DNA from: Balanoglossus misakiensis
Lineage: Eukaryota; Animalia; Hemichordata
Direction: 5' to 3'
DNA length: 64,000 nucleotides
Assembly: GCA_040954595.2 (NCBI GenBank)
Contig: CM082593.2
Location: 62,001 to 126,000 of the forward strand
Of the stretch, positions 17,701-30,350 are shown piece after piece. The notes under the pieces are model-generated. The model was not told the DNA's origin. It saw nothing but the letters and a program-made list of their open reading frames with translations, and did no database searches. Positions within the stretch are counted from its first letter, which is position 1; each line of letters opens with the position of its first letter. A program made the position numbers and the translations under genes.

Positions 17701-20700
17701 TATGTCTTTTACATTGGCTCTTTGACTCATGTCTTCCCTTGATTTCAATGCCCCTGGCCCAATTGATGGTAGACACGATTGAAAGACTGTAACACGTCCA
17801 CCAACTGGTGACTAAAATATAAAAGTAACATCCAGGCATTAAACTGCACAATTACTTCTTGACAGTTGAGTAACAATATGACATTTGTAAATTGATAAGT
17901 CTACAGGGTAGGCAGTGATTACTCACAAGTAGTTTCAATGCAGCCTGCAACGCTGGGCCCAGAGCACTCTGTGTTTCCTTATTGCCACTAAATAGACTTG
18001 GTAATTGATTCAGCAACTCTTGAATTAACTGAAGATGAAAAAAGACATCATATGAATAAATCATTGTAGTTTACTCTAAGAAATCAAGTTACAATTTGAC
18101 AAACTTCTCTGATTAAATTACGACTTACTTCTTTGCTTTCTTGAAGATTTACAAGAAGATCATTGGGACATGGTAAGAAGATATCTGAAAGAGATTTAAG
18201 AGAAGTTACTTGCCAGGTTGTGTCACTAGCCACGTCAAAGTAAAGCCACAAAATATTACACAAGGCCAGGGAGATACTCTCTAGGTCAGACTGTGAAACT
18301 CACAAATTCTCAAATACAACCGGGAATGTATATGTGGAATGAATTATCATTTTCTAATAATTGTGGACTAGCCACAGCAAGGGTTTTTGCTTTACCTTCA
18401 AGATCTGAAACGACCATCATTGATGGCCTTGAAAGGCCTTCTTGCAAATTGTAGAAATGTAAAGTACTATCATATGTTATAAACCCAATCATGGTGCGTG
18501 CATCTCCCGGTAATTTGTCCAGCTCCTCCAGCAGAACCTGACATGCAACTGACAGATAGCCTGACTCCACAGCATTAAAACAAACATCAAGCATGAACAG
18601 GTATGTAGCTGGTTGGGGTGGTCGAAGCTGAAATGGAATATTTAGGAATAATTAGTTATTTCAATTTTTCACATATTTTATGAATATTTGTATCACACAT
18701 ATAAAGCAGGTTTTATAAATATATTTAGTGGCACACTGACACATTTCTCTTACATGCAAGATTTCTGTCAAAGATTTTGTTTAACTTCCAAAGTCTATGT
18801 TCCTTTTGTTTTCATGTTGCTTGTTGAATTTGGGTTTTTAGATTTGATCAACAAAGAAGCATAATTTCAACAACACTACATGTACTTGTGATGTGGTCAT
18901 CTTACCATATATTCTGAGGGTGCTATGAATTCTATTGTGGCTGACTTGATTTCTGGCCTTCTCTGTGGCTCACCATATGTCCTTGTCACAGGATCAAAGT
19001 TAAATTCTTCAGGTACTGTTAGAGACAGAATGAATAAATCTTGCATTTGAAGATTCCACTGAACGGTATGTCTAATCTAATCATGAATTCTATGCATGAC
19101 AGATTGTGAGAGTGGAAGAAAAGTGTATGTCTGCACCACATGTGTGTGTGTGTGATGCGTGTGTGTCACGGGATGTTGACGGAAGGGGACAGCAAATGAT
19201 TTCCATTCATATACTTACAATCATTAACCCTATAACACAGATTGCATTTCCATCTCCTGTGGTCTACAAAAGATACAAAAGGATTGATATAGGTCCTACA
19301 AGATCTACATCTGACAATAACACTGGATTGAATGACTGGTAAATGCTGTAATACAAACAGAGACAAACTGAGTGTCAGTCGAATTAGAAATTTAAAAAAA
19401 AAAGTCATTTAAAGTCTTTGTGGTTTTCTTCTCTCCCTCTTATTATTATAGAAATCTGTTGCTTAAATAGTGACGTCACAGTGGTGTTTAAAAAAATACT
19501 TACCGTTAAATCTTTAAAAGGATGAATTAAAACTCCTAAAGGTAGCTTAGATTTGTTGAGAAGTTGTTGGGTTTGTGGTATTGATGTAAGGGTTGATCTG
19601 AAAACACTGTAGGAGAAAAGAAGAATTGTGGTAAATGTACGGTAATATACATGTACTTTGGTCTGGACAAGAACAATTGGCAGAAATGTGTTTTGGACAG
19701 ATTTGCTCCTGTTTTCAAGGTTGACCCACATACACAGAAAGGATGAGTAGAGTTAATGGAAACCCTAGCACAAAGCCTTAGAAAGCTTAGCAAAATGTGT
19801 AAAATAATTATCATAATGCAATGTACCCTGACCAATGTGCCTTGATGCTGACCTTTGTATTCTGTAGTTCAAAGGTGAAAGGTCTACTTACTCTGGACTG
19901 CACATTAATTTCTTGTAATCTGAACTAAGGTTAGCTTTTGGGGCTTCCACTGGAGTTGACGGTAAAATCTTTCTATTTTGAAGCAAGTTGATAGGTCTTG
20001 TGTCACCATGCTGGATGTTCAGTTTCCCAACACTGCTAGATAAATTGTTTTCATACTGACTGTGAGGTTGTTGGTATGCTTGAGCATTCATTTGCTGACC
20101 CTAAAATAAAAAGTGAAGACTTTTAACACCATCGCATTACATTTAAAAGTACTTTGCAATTTTGCAATACTGCTTTGTGGATAATATTAGTTACAATAAG
20201 AAATGTCCGCTTACCAGCCTTGGTTGGTTGAAGGTATCATTTAACACTCCAGATACTGGTCCAGTTTGAGCACCCACTGGTCTGCCCATGCCTAATCCCT
20301 GACCTGCAGTTGGTAGGGGTGGTGGCCCACTTATGTTTGTTGCATTTGGGTACTGTGGGTACGACCTCTTTCCTGTTATGCCAATGTTTCTTCCTTGCAT
20401 GTCCTGAGGCGTTGGAATGGGTGGTCCAGTCATGGATGTTGGTGGTGGTGGTCCAGGCATGGATGTTGGTGGTGGTGGTCCAGGCATGGATGTTGGTGGT
20501 GGTGGTCCAGGCATGGATGTTGGTGGTGGTGGTCCAGGCATGGATGTTGGTGGTGGTGGTCCAGGCATAGGAGGTGTCATTGTCTGCCCAGTTGGTGGTC
20601 CAGATACAGCACCCATTGGAGAGCCAGATGGTGGGCCAATGGGAGGTCGTGTCTGTGAGCTTGTTAATTGACCAGTAGGTGGTCCTGGTGGGTGTCCGAT

Positions 20701-23700
20701 TGGTGATCCAGATGGTGGTCCAACAGGACTAGGTTGCTGAGGATACATATGAGATCCAGTGGATGGTCCTGGTCTAGGACTTGTGAAAGGTCCAGTTGGT
20801 GGCGTGGATGGCGACTGCGGACTGCCACGATGTCCTGGTGGTATAAGGTTTGGTCCAGCTGAAAAATAGAATGTAAAAGTAAATATACAACAGGGACACA
20901 GTATTTATCTCTGAGTTTGAAGACTTCACATTGGTAAAATGCAACAAAACGACCATATCAGAACAAAATGGCTGTCTGGCAGCTATATTGGATCACATCA
21001 CAAAAACAACTTGCCAATGGAACTGATTGTATGACCTTCACATGTCTGATTAATTGAAAATTATTGGTAAATTACTTCTGTTCAAGTTTTAGAAGTGAAC
21101 TTACCAAGCATCGGATTGTATGGAGTTCCACCTTCCAAAGCATCAAAACGACCACTTGGTATCGGTGAGGGCGCTGCTGATGACCTTGCAGATGGAGGAT
21201 CTGTATCAACCAAATCACATGACATCAGTCTGATATACTACATATTTTGGAATATTATTTTTGTGATTTTACAGAGGGCACTGTTTTCACTGCCTTGGCC
21301 ATATCACAGGCATTACAAGAAATACCGCAAATACATAACAAATATGACCTGTCTGGCATTGTACATACATGTACATACATGAATTGTTTGTTAATGGCTG
21401 ACGGTGAAAATGGATGTTTCTCGTTTAGCTTGCATACAGTTGGGATAACATCAAAAGTAGACTAACGTCAGTTTTACTTACATAAAACACCATTGCTGTC
21501 AGCTACAAGCAAGGTAACAGGATTGAAAAGGGGGAAAATTATATGGGATTGGAAACAGTGACATTTATTTAAGTTGTGGAAATATAAGAATAGAAGAAAT
21601 GCAGTCAACACACACATAGCAGGAGTGATTACAATCTACTTGTAATGGTATTAAAATTAAGCATAAATTGCTGTTCTTGTACTACTACTATGTCTATACA
21701 ATACCATGTACACATCCCAAAATGAATTGAACACAATTCAGTCGATCATACTACAAGTACATCATGTGGAGCCAATGTGTAATGTTGGTTCATGGAGTGA
21801 GAGTGAGAACTGGCGATAAAATATCTGCAACTAAACCTGGAATCTAGTCTAATTAGAGATCTAGCAGAGACAAGAAAGATGGGTGTAGATTAACAGAAAC
21901 TGAAACAAGCAGGTGTAGAACAGAACGGCTAGGTAAGGAAAAGCCAGTGTAAGACTCCACAACATTGATATGCAGGATACAGTAACACTGAGCTTCAGAT
22001 CAGTTCTAAATCTAATGCTATGTACAATAATGAAACTAGTTTGAAAGTGATTAAGCAAAGTCATCACCCTTTGGAAACTGTTGAAACATTTTTCATATGA
22101 TATAGTTCAGCTGTATGTATGTGTAACAGTGTTGTATTGTTTTTTAATGCATGTAGTGGGTGTGTCATGAATACATATACATATAGTACATGTATATGTA
22201 AATTTAAGATGGTCACTTTGCTTCCTTGATGTCAATTTTCTAATGTTTACAAATGGAAAAAAGTGAGATGAGCTGAAAAATGTAAAAATTGTTTGAAGTA
22301 CCTGATCCACATGGCGATGGTATATTGCTATGGATAGGACTGGGAGATGTTAGTGTATGCTGAAATTTGAATGGGAGCGGTAGTTCCATAGCAGGCATAC
22401 CTAGAGAAAACACATAAGCAGACATAACAACGTTTAAACAATCATGCATTACTCATGTTCAATAATTAGATGATGGTGTAAGAGCATGCCAGGCACTATT
22501 GTTAATTTGTCAGTATATATGATTGTTAGTATCAGTATGGCATGAAATGGGTAAGTATGTGTATGTGTGCTAAATGTAGTTGATGAAAGAAAGACAGCAA
22601 CCACTGAATGACGCAATAATGGAATGAATAAATAGATTTCCAAACTCAGTAGGTCCTCAGGCTTCTAATAAAACACCTCTGTGGCAAACACTAAAATGTG
22701 TGCTTTGGAGAACAAGACTCCCTACAAGAACCAGTAGAATGATTGATAGCTACATGTAGCAAATCCCAGCAGCACCTCACAGCAGCTATGCATTAGAATG
22801 AAAAGCAGATGTGTGTACAACAAAAACCATGGAATTTGTGAGCATTTTGTAAATCCTGTTAGTTACAAAACTACATCAAAGAAAACCACTACATTATATT
22901 ATAGAGTAAAACCTGCCTTGACTAGACACATTGGTGGAGAAAACTTATTTGCAAGTATTTCACAACTCCACAGCCTTGTTCACGGTACCCCACGTCAAGG
23001 TATTAAGATGTGTTCAGTATAGACAGGTTTCCAGTTTACAAAGGTGTCCAAGTTTCCTCTTACCTGAAACTGTTCCTGAATTTGGCATTGTTGGTTGCGT
23101 TGCCAGGGGGGCATGGGGAGGAAATGACCCTGGTTTATAAGGATGGTATTGTTGCCCAGGTAACGGAGGACCTGGTTGTCCCATGGGAGCACCTCCAATA
23201 GTACTGATTGGGGGTTGTGAATTCATCAATGGTTGTGAGCTTATTGGTGGCATAATACTTGTAGGTGGCTGGTTAGGGGTTGGTGGCTCTGGCATCTTTG
23301 TGGCACCTGAAGGTGGTGGCTGTCTTGGTAGGCCATATATACTTGGTGGTTGTGGTTGCCCCACAGGAGACTGGTAAGCCATCTGACTTTGTCCACCAGT
23401 TGGCTGTGGCCCAGTCATCCTGTACTGCCCTGATCCTACTGATGGTGGTTGTGATGGTGGTAGTATTACGGGATATTGGCCACTTGTCGGTGGTGGCTGT
23501 TGTCCTTGGTATAAACCTGGTCTGGTAGGTGGGCCAGTCATCATGGGTCCTGTTGGCCTCTGCCCTTGATAACCACCTGTTCCTGGAGGTCTTGGACTTG
23601 GCACGAGACCTGACACATCAACAAGAAACCAAATAATGTTATGCTACCCTAACTTTGTTGTCGATACTAAATTGACCTCTGGAGTATTCTTGACCCCAAC

Positions 23701-24758
23701 GGATGATATTATTTGTACATCAACAAACGTGGCAATTACAGTACATGTACTGAAGCTACCAGTTTTCAGGGTTATTACTATTAGAGGATAACTTATAGAG
23801 GTAGGATTCTACCTAAAGATGGAAAAAACCCACTAACAACAGGATTACAGGATTTCTTGAAAACATACAAACTAATGAATGAATTTTTAATTGCTTCCAT
23901 ACAACTGTTAGCATGATATGCAATGCAATTCGCACAATGTTAAGCAAGAACATAGTGGGAAAACAATTGACACCCTAGTGTACAACAACATCTCCTGGTC
24001 AGAATGCCATTACAGTGTGTGTTCAGTCATGGGTCATTTGAAGGACCATGGTAGTACCAAAAGAAAGGACAAAGCAAAGTTGAACTGGAGTGACCCACAC
24101 AATCACAACAAAGGACCAGAATTATAATTACACATTTTCAAACAGTACAATATAGAGAATGCAAACCATAGTGCATGATTCTCTGAAACAAAACCCATGT
24201 GGTCGCTATTACACGATATACATACACATCCAGATGGTACACTATGGGCATTAGACGTGCACTGCACTGTTCGTTGGACCTATAGTGTACCACAGATGGT
24301 TCGACCAGTTCAGCATGTACGTTTCGCACTGTCATCGTCGATTAATGAGCGAATCCTTCTGAAATACTGATCATATAGACAGACGTCTTAACATAGTCTA
24401 CTTACGGATCGGTTATGTTTTCTTCGCAAAAACTCAAGAAATTAATTTACACGTTAAATATATTTATCCTATACTTTAGAAATTCACATCGGTTGAAGAA
24501 ATCAGCTGGTACATCAACATGTACAAATGTATGGTCTATTGTACTGTGCACTGCCCTGTGTAGTCCGAATGCATCCGATGTTCAAGTTCTAATAGTCTAC
24601 GGGCGATCGTTCATATAAAAATTCTGATAAACCAACAACAAAATTGTGCACTAACCTGCCAAATTCGGGTTCATATTTGTAGGTGGGCTAACGGGAGGGG
24701 TTGTTTGAGAGGCAAACCCTGTCTGGTATGGATGCGTGTTACTCCTTGGGTCCGCCAT
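14709..24758 (-). CDS. SEC24B: COPII coat subunit Sec24A/B; 20 core coding exons, ~1245 aa
   Basis: Exons: 24758-24656 ([12 protein letters not shown]..), 23609-23064, 21200-21105 (..FDALEGG..), 20858-20215, 20100-19892, 19606-19504, 19345-19219 (zinc finger [22 protein letters not shown]), 19015-18906, 18627-18396, 18184-18129, 18028-17927, 17811-17583, 17359-17201 ([20 protein letters not shown]), 16962-16789 ([13 protein letters not shown]), 16479-16369 (GERRIRVHT), 16266-16085, 15924-15787, 15645-15448, 15214-15111, 14823-14709 (..[17 protein letters not shown]). Phases are consistent (3738 nt). Probably the pro-orthologue of vertebrate SEC24A and SEC24B. Confidence 0.93.
15007..15069. 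repeat. 19-bp minisatellite (~3 copies) in last SEC24 intron
   Basis: GTCTGTCCACATGTGTTCC at 15019 and 15038, partial copy at 15057. Confidence 0.8.
20431..20568 (-). repeat. Coding minisatellite: 5 identical 27-bp units encoding (MPGPPPPTS)x5 in the Sec24 N-terminal proline-rich region
   Basis: CATGGATGTTGGTGGTGGTGGTCCAGG at 20431, 20458, 20485, 20512 and 20539. Confidence 0.93.
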
Positions 24759-24949
24759 TATCCTTGCAACAATGTACAGTTACAACGACCTTGGGTGATT
24801 TTCGGACCAAAAATGAACTTGATAAAATACCCTTGTTTCTCGGCCGGTTTCGAGGCCAGTCCACGTTATTCCGATTCCGTAGATTTTGTTGAAATATTTT
24901 AGAGCACACCGGCTGATGAAGGCATGAAGCTCACCAATCCATGCAAATT

Positions 24950-25834
24950 ATCCGGAAATCTAGAGCTGTTGGACATGCGCAGTCATTGTCAACGTGGCAC
25001 TACCCACAATCCGTTTGAGAATTGCTTCCGGTGTGTGCTATGTACATACAACTATACAAAGCCGTTGATGACAAGCTTCTTGTGACATGTGAATAAGTGA
25101 CGAAGCATAGAATTATGAAAACGTCCGGTTTGTGCCCACAATTAAAGCAATCAGTGGCTCATATCCAATTCCCCCGTAGCTCTGAACGCAAACCAAATTC
25201 ACATGCGCTCAAAACAAACCCACATGTAAAGTGCAAAATCATCAGATTTTTCAACAATTTTTATTTTTCGTCGATTCAGGGACTGTCCTTCGTGTTCTTC
25301 ATGAAATGCCTTTACTACTATCATAGCATGCTGGCCTGGTCCTCAGGTCAGTCATATTACATAAAAACTGACGACAAGCGAAGATTAGAGGGGTTTCAGC
25401 AACATGCAACAGGTACATGTACTTTCAGGTTCTAACTCCAGCACTCTAAACCCATGGTACATCCAACTTCGAAGCTTAAATGTTTCCGTTGTCGTGAGAC
25501 CTGTAGTGGAGAGTACACCAAACGCTGACCATTGATACGATTGAAGAGATGCACATTTGAAAACAACATACAAGCTGGTTCTACTTTCAAGAGGCTTGGA
25601 AGTGAAAATAAAAATATCTCTGCGAACGGACAAAGACGAAACGAAAGAAACACGTTTGCGAAGTTGGGGGCGCAAAAGACGACCCAAAACGAGACTGTCA
25701 AGAAATACATGCATGCGTCACCATTGGTAGATGCAAATTTTGACCTTTCACCCCAACTCTCATTGGTTTATTCGAAATTGGCGGATTTTACGAACTGAAA
25801 AAGAACGTCTGGAGTTTAAAACGCAGAGCTCAAG
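24950..25834. promoter_or_regulatory. Divergent SEC24/CDK1 promoter region, including a probable non-coding CDK1 exon 1
   Basis: CpG-enriched interval between divergent genes. SEC24 side: ETS-like CCGGAA (24952) and CTTCCGG (25025), NRF1-like CATGCGCAGT (24974), ZNF143-like TACCCACAATCC (25001). CDK1 side: ATTGG (reverse CCAAT) at 25723, 25762 and 25777, TTCGAA at 25771, TTGGCGG at 25778, TTTAAA at 25815. Donor AAG|GTATGT after 25834 pairs with an acceptor at 26439, upstream of the ATG. Confidence 0.6.
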
Positions 25835-26462
25835 GTATGTGGTGTTTTATCGTTTATCACTCGTATTTTGATGGAGAGAAACTTTAAATTTTAAAACTTG
25901 TTTGCATTTAATCAGCAAGGGATCCAAAACTAGACGAAGTATACCTTTTCGTAACCAATGTTTTAACCTTTCCTTACGATTAGAAGCAAGCATGCCATAA
26001 CTTGACCCTGAGTTTATGTGGACGATTTCGAATCCGTGCTCTCAATATGTGACGTGACTACAGTAGTGGGATGTAAAAAAAACTTGTATTATCTATTTGG
26101 TTACCAACATTTTTGAAAGGAATTTATCTTGGGCTTTAGAAAGTGGTCATCAGCGCATTGAGGTGGAGCACAGTCAGTCAATTACGATCACGTACAGTAA
26201 CTGTAATTCGTGCAACTGTAAACAAAGAATTGGTGACTCGCATATTTTATATTCGTTTTGCAGACAGTCTTTGTACTGTTGACGAGAATGTTTTCCTTGC
26301 TTCTAGTCCTACTTCCATTTGTAAAAAGGAAAATGACGATAAAGCCGAGCAGACTGTCTTTGTAGAATTGATGCATTTTTACACAGTTTAAAGTTCATAT
26401 CATGTTCATATCTACTTTGTCTCTTTCATTTTCGTGTAGAAAGAGATCATTGCTGTGCCGAA

Positions 26463-28540
26463 ATGATGGAAGACTATGTGAAAATCGAGAAAATAGGAGA
26501 GGGTACGTACAATTGTGTGGGGAAAATGTAGTGATATAATTCTTGTTACTATTCTAATATATTATTATTTTATGTAAAACATGAAACAAACTGCTGTTTT
26601 TCCTTGTCAGGTACATATGGGGTTGTGTACAAAGGCAGAAATAAGAAGACCGGCAAGTTGGTGGCCTTGAAGAAGATCCGTCTTGAAAGTGAAGAAGAAG
26701 GTGTTCCAAGTACAGCAATCAGGGAAATATCATTACTCAAAGAACTGCAACATCCAAACATTGTATGGTAAGTGTAGTAATGTACATTACAATTCTATTG
26801 AAACTGAATTGCATGAACATGTACATACCAAAAGTTAATCTGTGTTTTACCACACTCATTCAATACTTATAGTCCCCTCTGTAAGTTGCCTCCATTTTTC
26901 ATCAAGTACAATGTAAAGGTTGTCAGAATAATTACACACAATGAACAAACAAATCAAAACCCATCACTTTTTTATTTGAATTGCAAGGGAAATTAATGGT
27001 GATGTTTTTTTTCCAGTCTTCAGGATGTATTAATGCAAGAAGCCAAACTGTATCTGGTATTTGAATTTCTGACAATGGACCTCAAGAAATACTTTGACAA
27101 TATACCATCAGGAAAGTACATGGATTCAGGTCTTGTAAAGGTAAGAAGTTGGTGGTGAATATGTAGAAACTTTTATGATTTTTTTATCAACATGTACATG
27201 GCACAGAGACATAGTGGAGTGTACTTCTAAGAATATACTATAAATTTTACATCAGTGTGTATCCGTTTTTTCCTCCAGAGCTATCTGTATCAAATTTGTC
27301 AAGGGATTGTGTTTTGCCATGCAAGGCGAGTTGTACACAGAGATCTAAAGCCACAGAATTTACTTATTGACAGTAAAGGACTTATAAAGCTAGCAGATTT
27401 TGGTCTTGCAAGAGCATTTGGAATACCAGTCAGAGTCTACACACATGAGGTATAGTATGTGTGTTCATCACATATTTTTTTGTTAATTCATTACTCACTT
27501 AGTTTTGCGCTGCTGGCCTTATTTTTTCATAAACTAGTGTACCACAGAATCAATTCTAATATTAATACTTCCACAGGTTGTTACATTGTGGTATCGTGCT
27601 CCTGAAGTCCTCTTGGGTTCACCCCGTTATTCAACACCAGTGGATGTTTGGAGTATTGGGTGCATCTTTGCTGAAATGGCGACAAAAAGACCACTTTTCC
27701 ATGGAGACTCAGAAATTGACCAACTCTTCCGTATATTTAGGTGAGTTTGTTGCATTTTCTAGACAATACCAGGCAAGTTTTTAAAGTCATTTCACTCTAC
27801 TGTGAATGTTGTCATAAATGATATTACTAGTAAACACTAGTGAACATTTACATGAAGTTTGCCATTTACAGTAGTCTGTACTTTCCATCATTTGAGTTTG
27901 GACCAATGGTTCAGAAATCAAGTCACTGTCAACCATCTTTTACAATGGTGCATATACCTCGTTGGAGTTTTTGAAAGTTTTTTTTTGTATTAGTGCTGCA
28001 TATGACATGACCATTCCATCATATTTCAGGACACTGGGAACACCAAATGAGGATTCATGGCCTGGTGTGAGTTCGCTTCCAGATTACAAACCCTCATTCC
28101 CTAATTGGAAGACTAATACAATTCACACAGCTGTCAAAAATATGAATGAAGATGGCTTGGATCTTTTGCAGGTAAAGTTTAGTTCCCAAAGTTACAGGAA
28201 AATGCCAAATATTCAGTCTTTCAACAAAGTATGCACATGTTTATCCACCTATATGTTTAAAATACAATACTTATAAGCTTTTTTAGCTGTATCATTTTGT
28301 ATTTATTATATGATGGTGTAATTTCAAAAGCAACTTATGCAAAAAGGCATACCAAAGTATGACAGGCAACTTTCCAAGGAGGTTAATATCATTTAACATC
28401 TTTTTCTCGTCTTCTTTCATTGACAGAAAACATTGGTCTATGATCCAGCACACCGTATCTCAGCAAAAGCAGCATTAGACCATCCGTACTTCACAGACCT
28501 TGACAAAGCTGCACTTCCAGGCTCATCAATCATACAGTAA
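26463..28540 (+). CDS. CDK1: Cyclin-dependent kinase 1 (cdc2); 7 coding exons, ~303 aa
   Basis: Exons 26463-26502, 26611-26767, 27017-27140, 27279-27449, 27577-27740, 28030-28171, 28427-28540 (912 nt). [22 protein letters not shown] (T14/Y15 intact), [73 protein letters not shown]. The [10 protein letters not shown] and LESEEEG signatures favour CDK1 over CDK2. Confidence 0.97.
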
Positions 28541-30350
28541 CAATAGTGTCATGAATGGAAACTGTTCCCTTCCTCTTAAATTCTCACACCACTGTAATTG
28601 ATCCACCTAATTGGGGGAAAAGATACTAGGATTTAACCAACGAGTGGTGTATGGTGGTAGTGTAAGGATTATGTCATGATGTTAAAAAAGTGGAAATGGT
28701 TGTCAGAAATTGATTTCCAAATTCTTATGTTTAGGATTAACGAAGGGTCTTTAAAAAGTCTTGTAATATTCATTCTCTTATTCACTTTGTTGTTTACTTT
28801 TATAGACATATACCAACAGACCATGAGGAATTGGGGTCTTTGTGTCAATGTTTTTTCAGCGTGTTTGACAAAGTCAGTTGTTATCAACTTTCAAGTTGTA
28901 CAGAATATCAAAACCATGTTTAAAAACTTGAATTAAAGTAAACCAAAGACGAAGCTTGTGTATTATAATTGAGTTTCAAAAGTTGTCAGATGTCCAATTC
29001 TTAGATTGGATCTTATTTATATGCATGTTCTCAAGTCCTTGGGTCCAAGTTCCAGATTTGTCTCTCTCAGAAGCTCTGCATATAAATAACACCACAAAAG
29101 GAAATTTCATCTCCAAAAATAATCAGTAGTAAGTGGTGTAGTTAAGTATTCATGTAGAATTAGAGGTTCATTAGAATTTGACTTCAAATGGATTTTCAGT
29201 TGGAATTATTTTTCACACTATGATGATAGGACCAACAGCGTTTTTTTGTGGTATATATCTCATGAACACCAAATAAATTGGTTTCATGAGTTACTTTCAT
29301 CTGTACATAACATATCTACAGATTCTGGTCTTTAGGTGTGGTTGTTATCAATCATCCAAGTGCTGTCCTCTCTTCTTATTTCTGTTTGATTTGAATGTAG
29401 ATCGATAGATGTGTTATTTTTGTTAGCTATCTCACTTTTATTAAGTCAAAGTGGTAGACCCACACAATGCTGTTTTGCTGCATATTCCAAAACTTTGGAC
29501 AATAAATTGGTTGATGGTCACTTGAACTGAATTGTAATTTACACATGCATAAAACAGTTCTGCAAAGGACTGTTAAAAAACCCAAATTCTGAGCAATTTT
29601 GTTTTAAAAGTACTACATCACCAGTTATATGTTGACATGGATCTGAAAGACATACATCCCTATTGCAGATGTCTTGTACTCCTTCCAAAATATAATCTCA
29701 TGTATTTTGAAAGATATTGTGAATATTATTTCAGCATTGCCAATGACATGTATATCACATAATAAACAGTGATTTATAATATTACGTTATTGTGCAGATA
29801 AGATTTTTTACCCCAAACTCATCAGATTCAGTTGTGAAATGCCTACAATCTTCTGACATTCAGCACAATGCAAATCCACTGACTCAGCAGCTGCTCTTGC
29901 CGATTCTATTCTTGGCAAGATATGAATGCTTACAATGATTGGAGTTAAAAGAGGTCATGTTAATATTCACTGCTCCTGAAATAATGCTCTTTCAGAAGTT
30001 AAAAGAACTAAAATGAAATTGAAACACTTGCTTTGAAATTCTGTCCATGTACAACTGACTGGTTTGTGTTGTGAGGGCGTAAAGGGAATACATGTCACTC
30101 CTAGAACAGCTATGTCCTCTGAGATCACAAATTGAAACTACTAGACAAGGTTTCTAGTGCAATAATACATTTTGTGGCCACATCTAAAAAAGAATTCTGC
30201 GCACCTGGCTGCAGCTTGTGTGAAAAGTTTTGTTGCCAGAAATTCTGTTGATTCCCACCATATGAGCCTGCGTTGAAATTCATTCATTCACAGTCCTCAT
30301 CAAATCATCAATGTAATAACCATGGTATTCTTCATCATTGACTATTATCC

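Noticed and set aside
20310-20671. Plus-strand ORFs with WWWW, VVVV and GGGG repeats
   Set aside because: Antisense shadows of the Sec24 proline-rich coding minisatellite.
24899-24925. Short upstream ORF (MPSSAGVL*) before the SEC24 start
   Set aside because: Present in sequence, but the TSS is unknown, so it cannot be placed in the mRNA; it is also not the SEC24 start because it stops after 8 codons.
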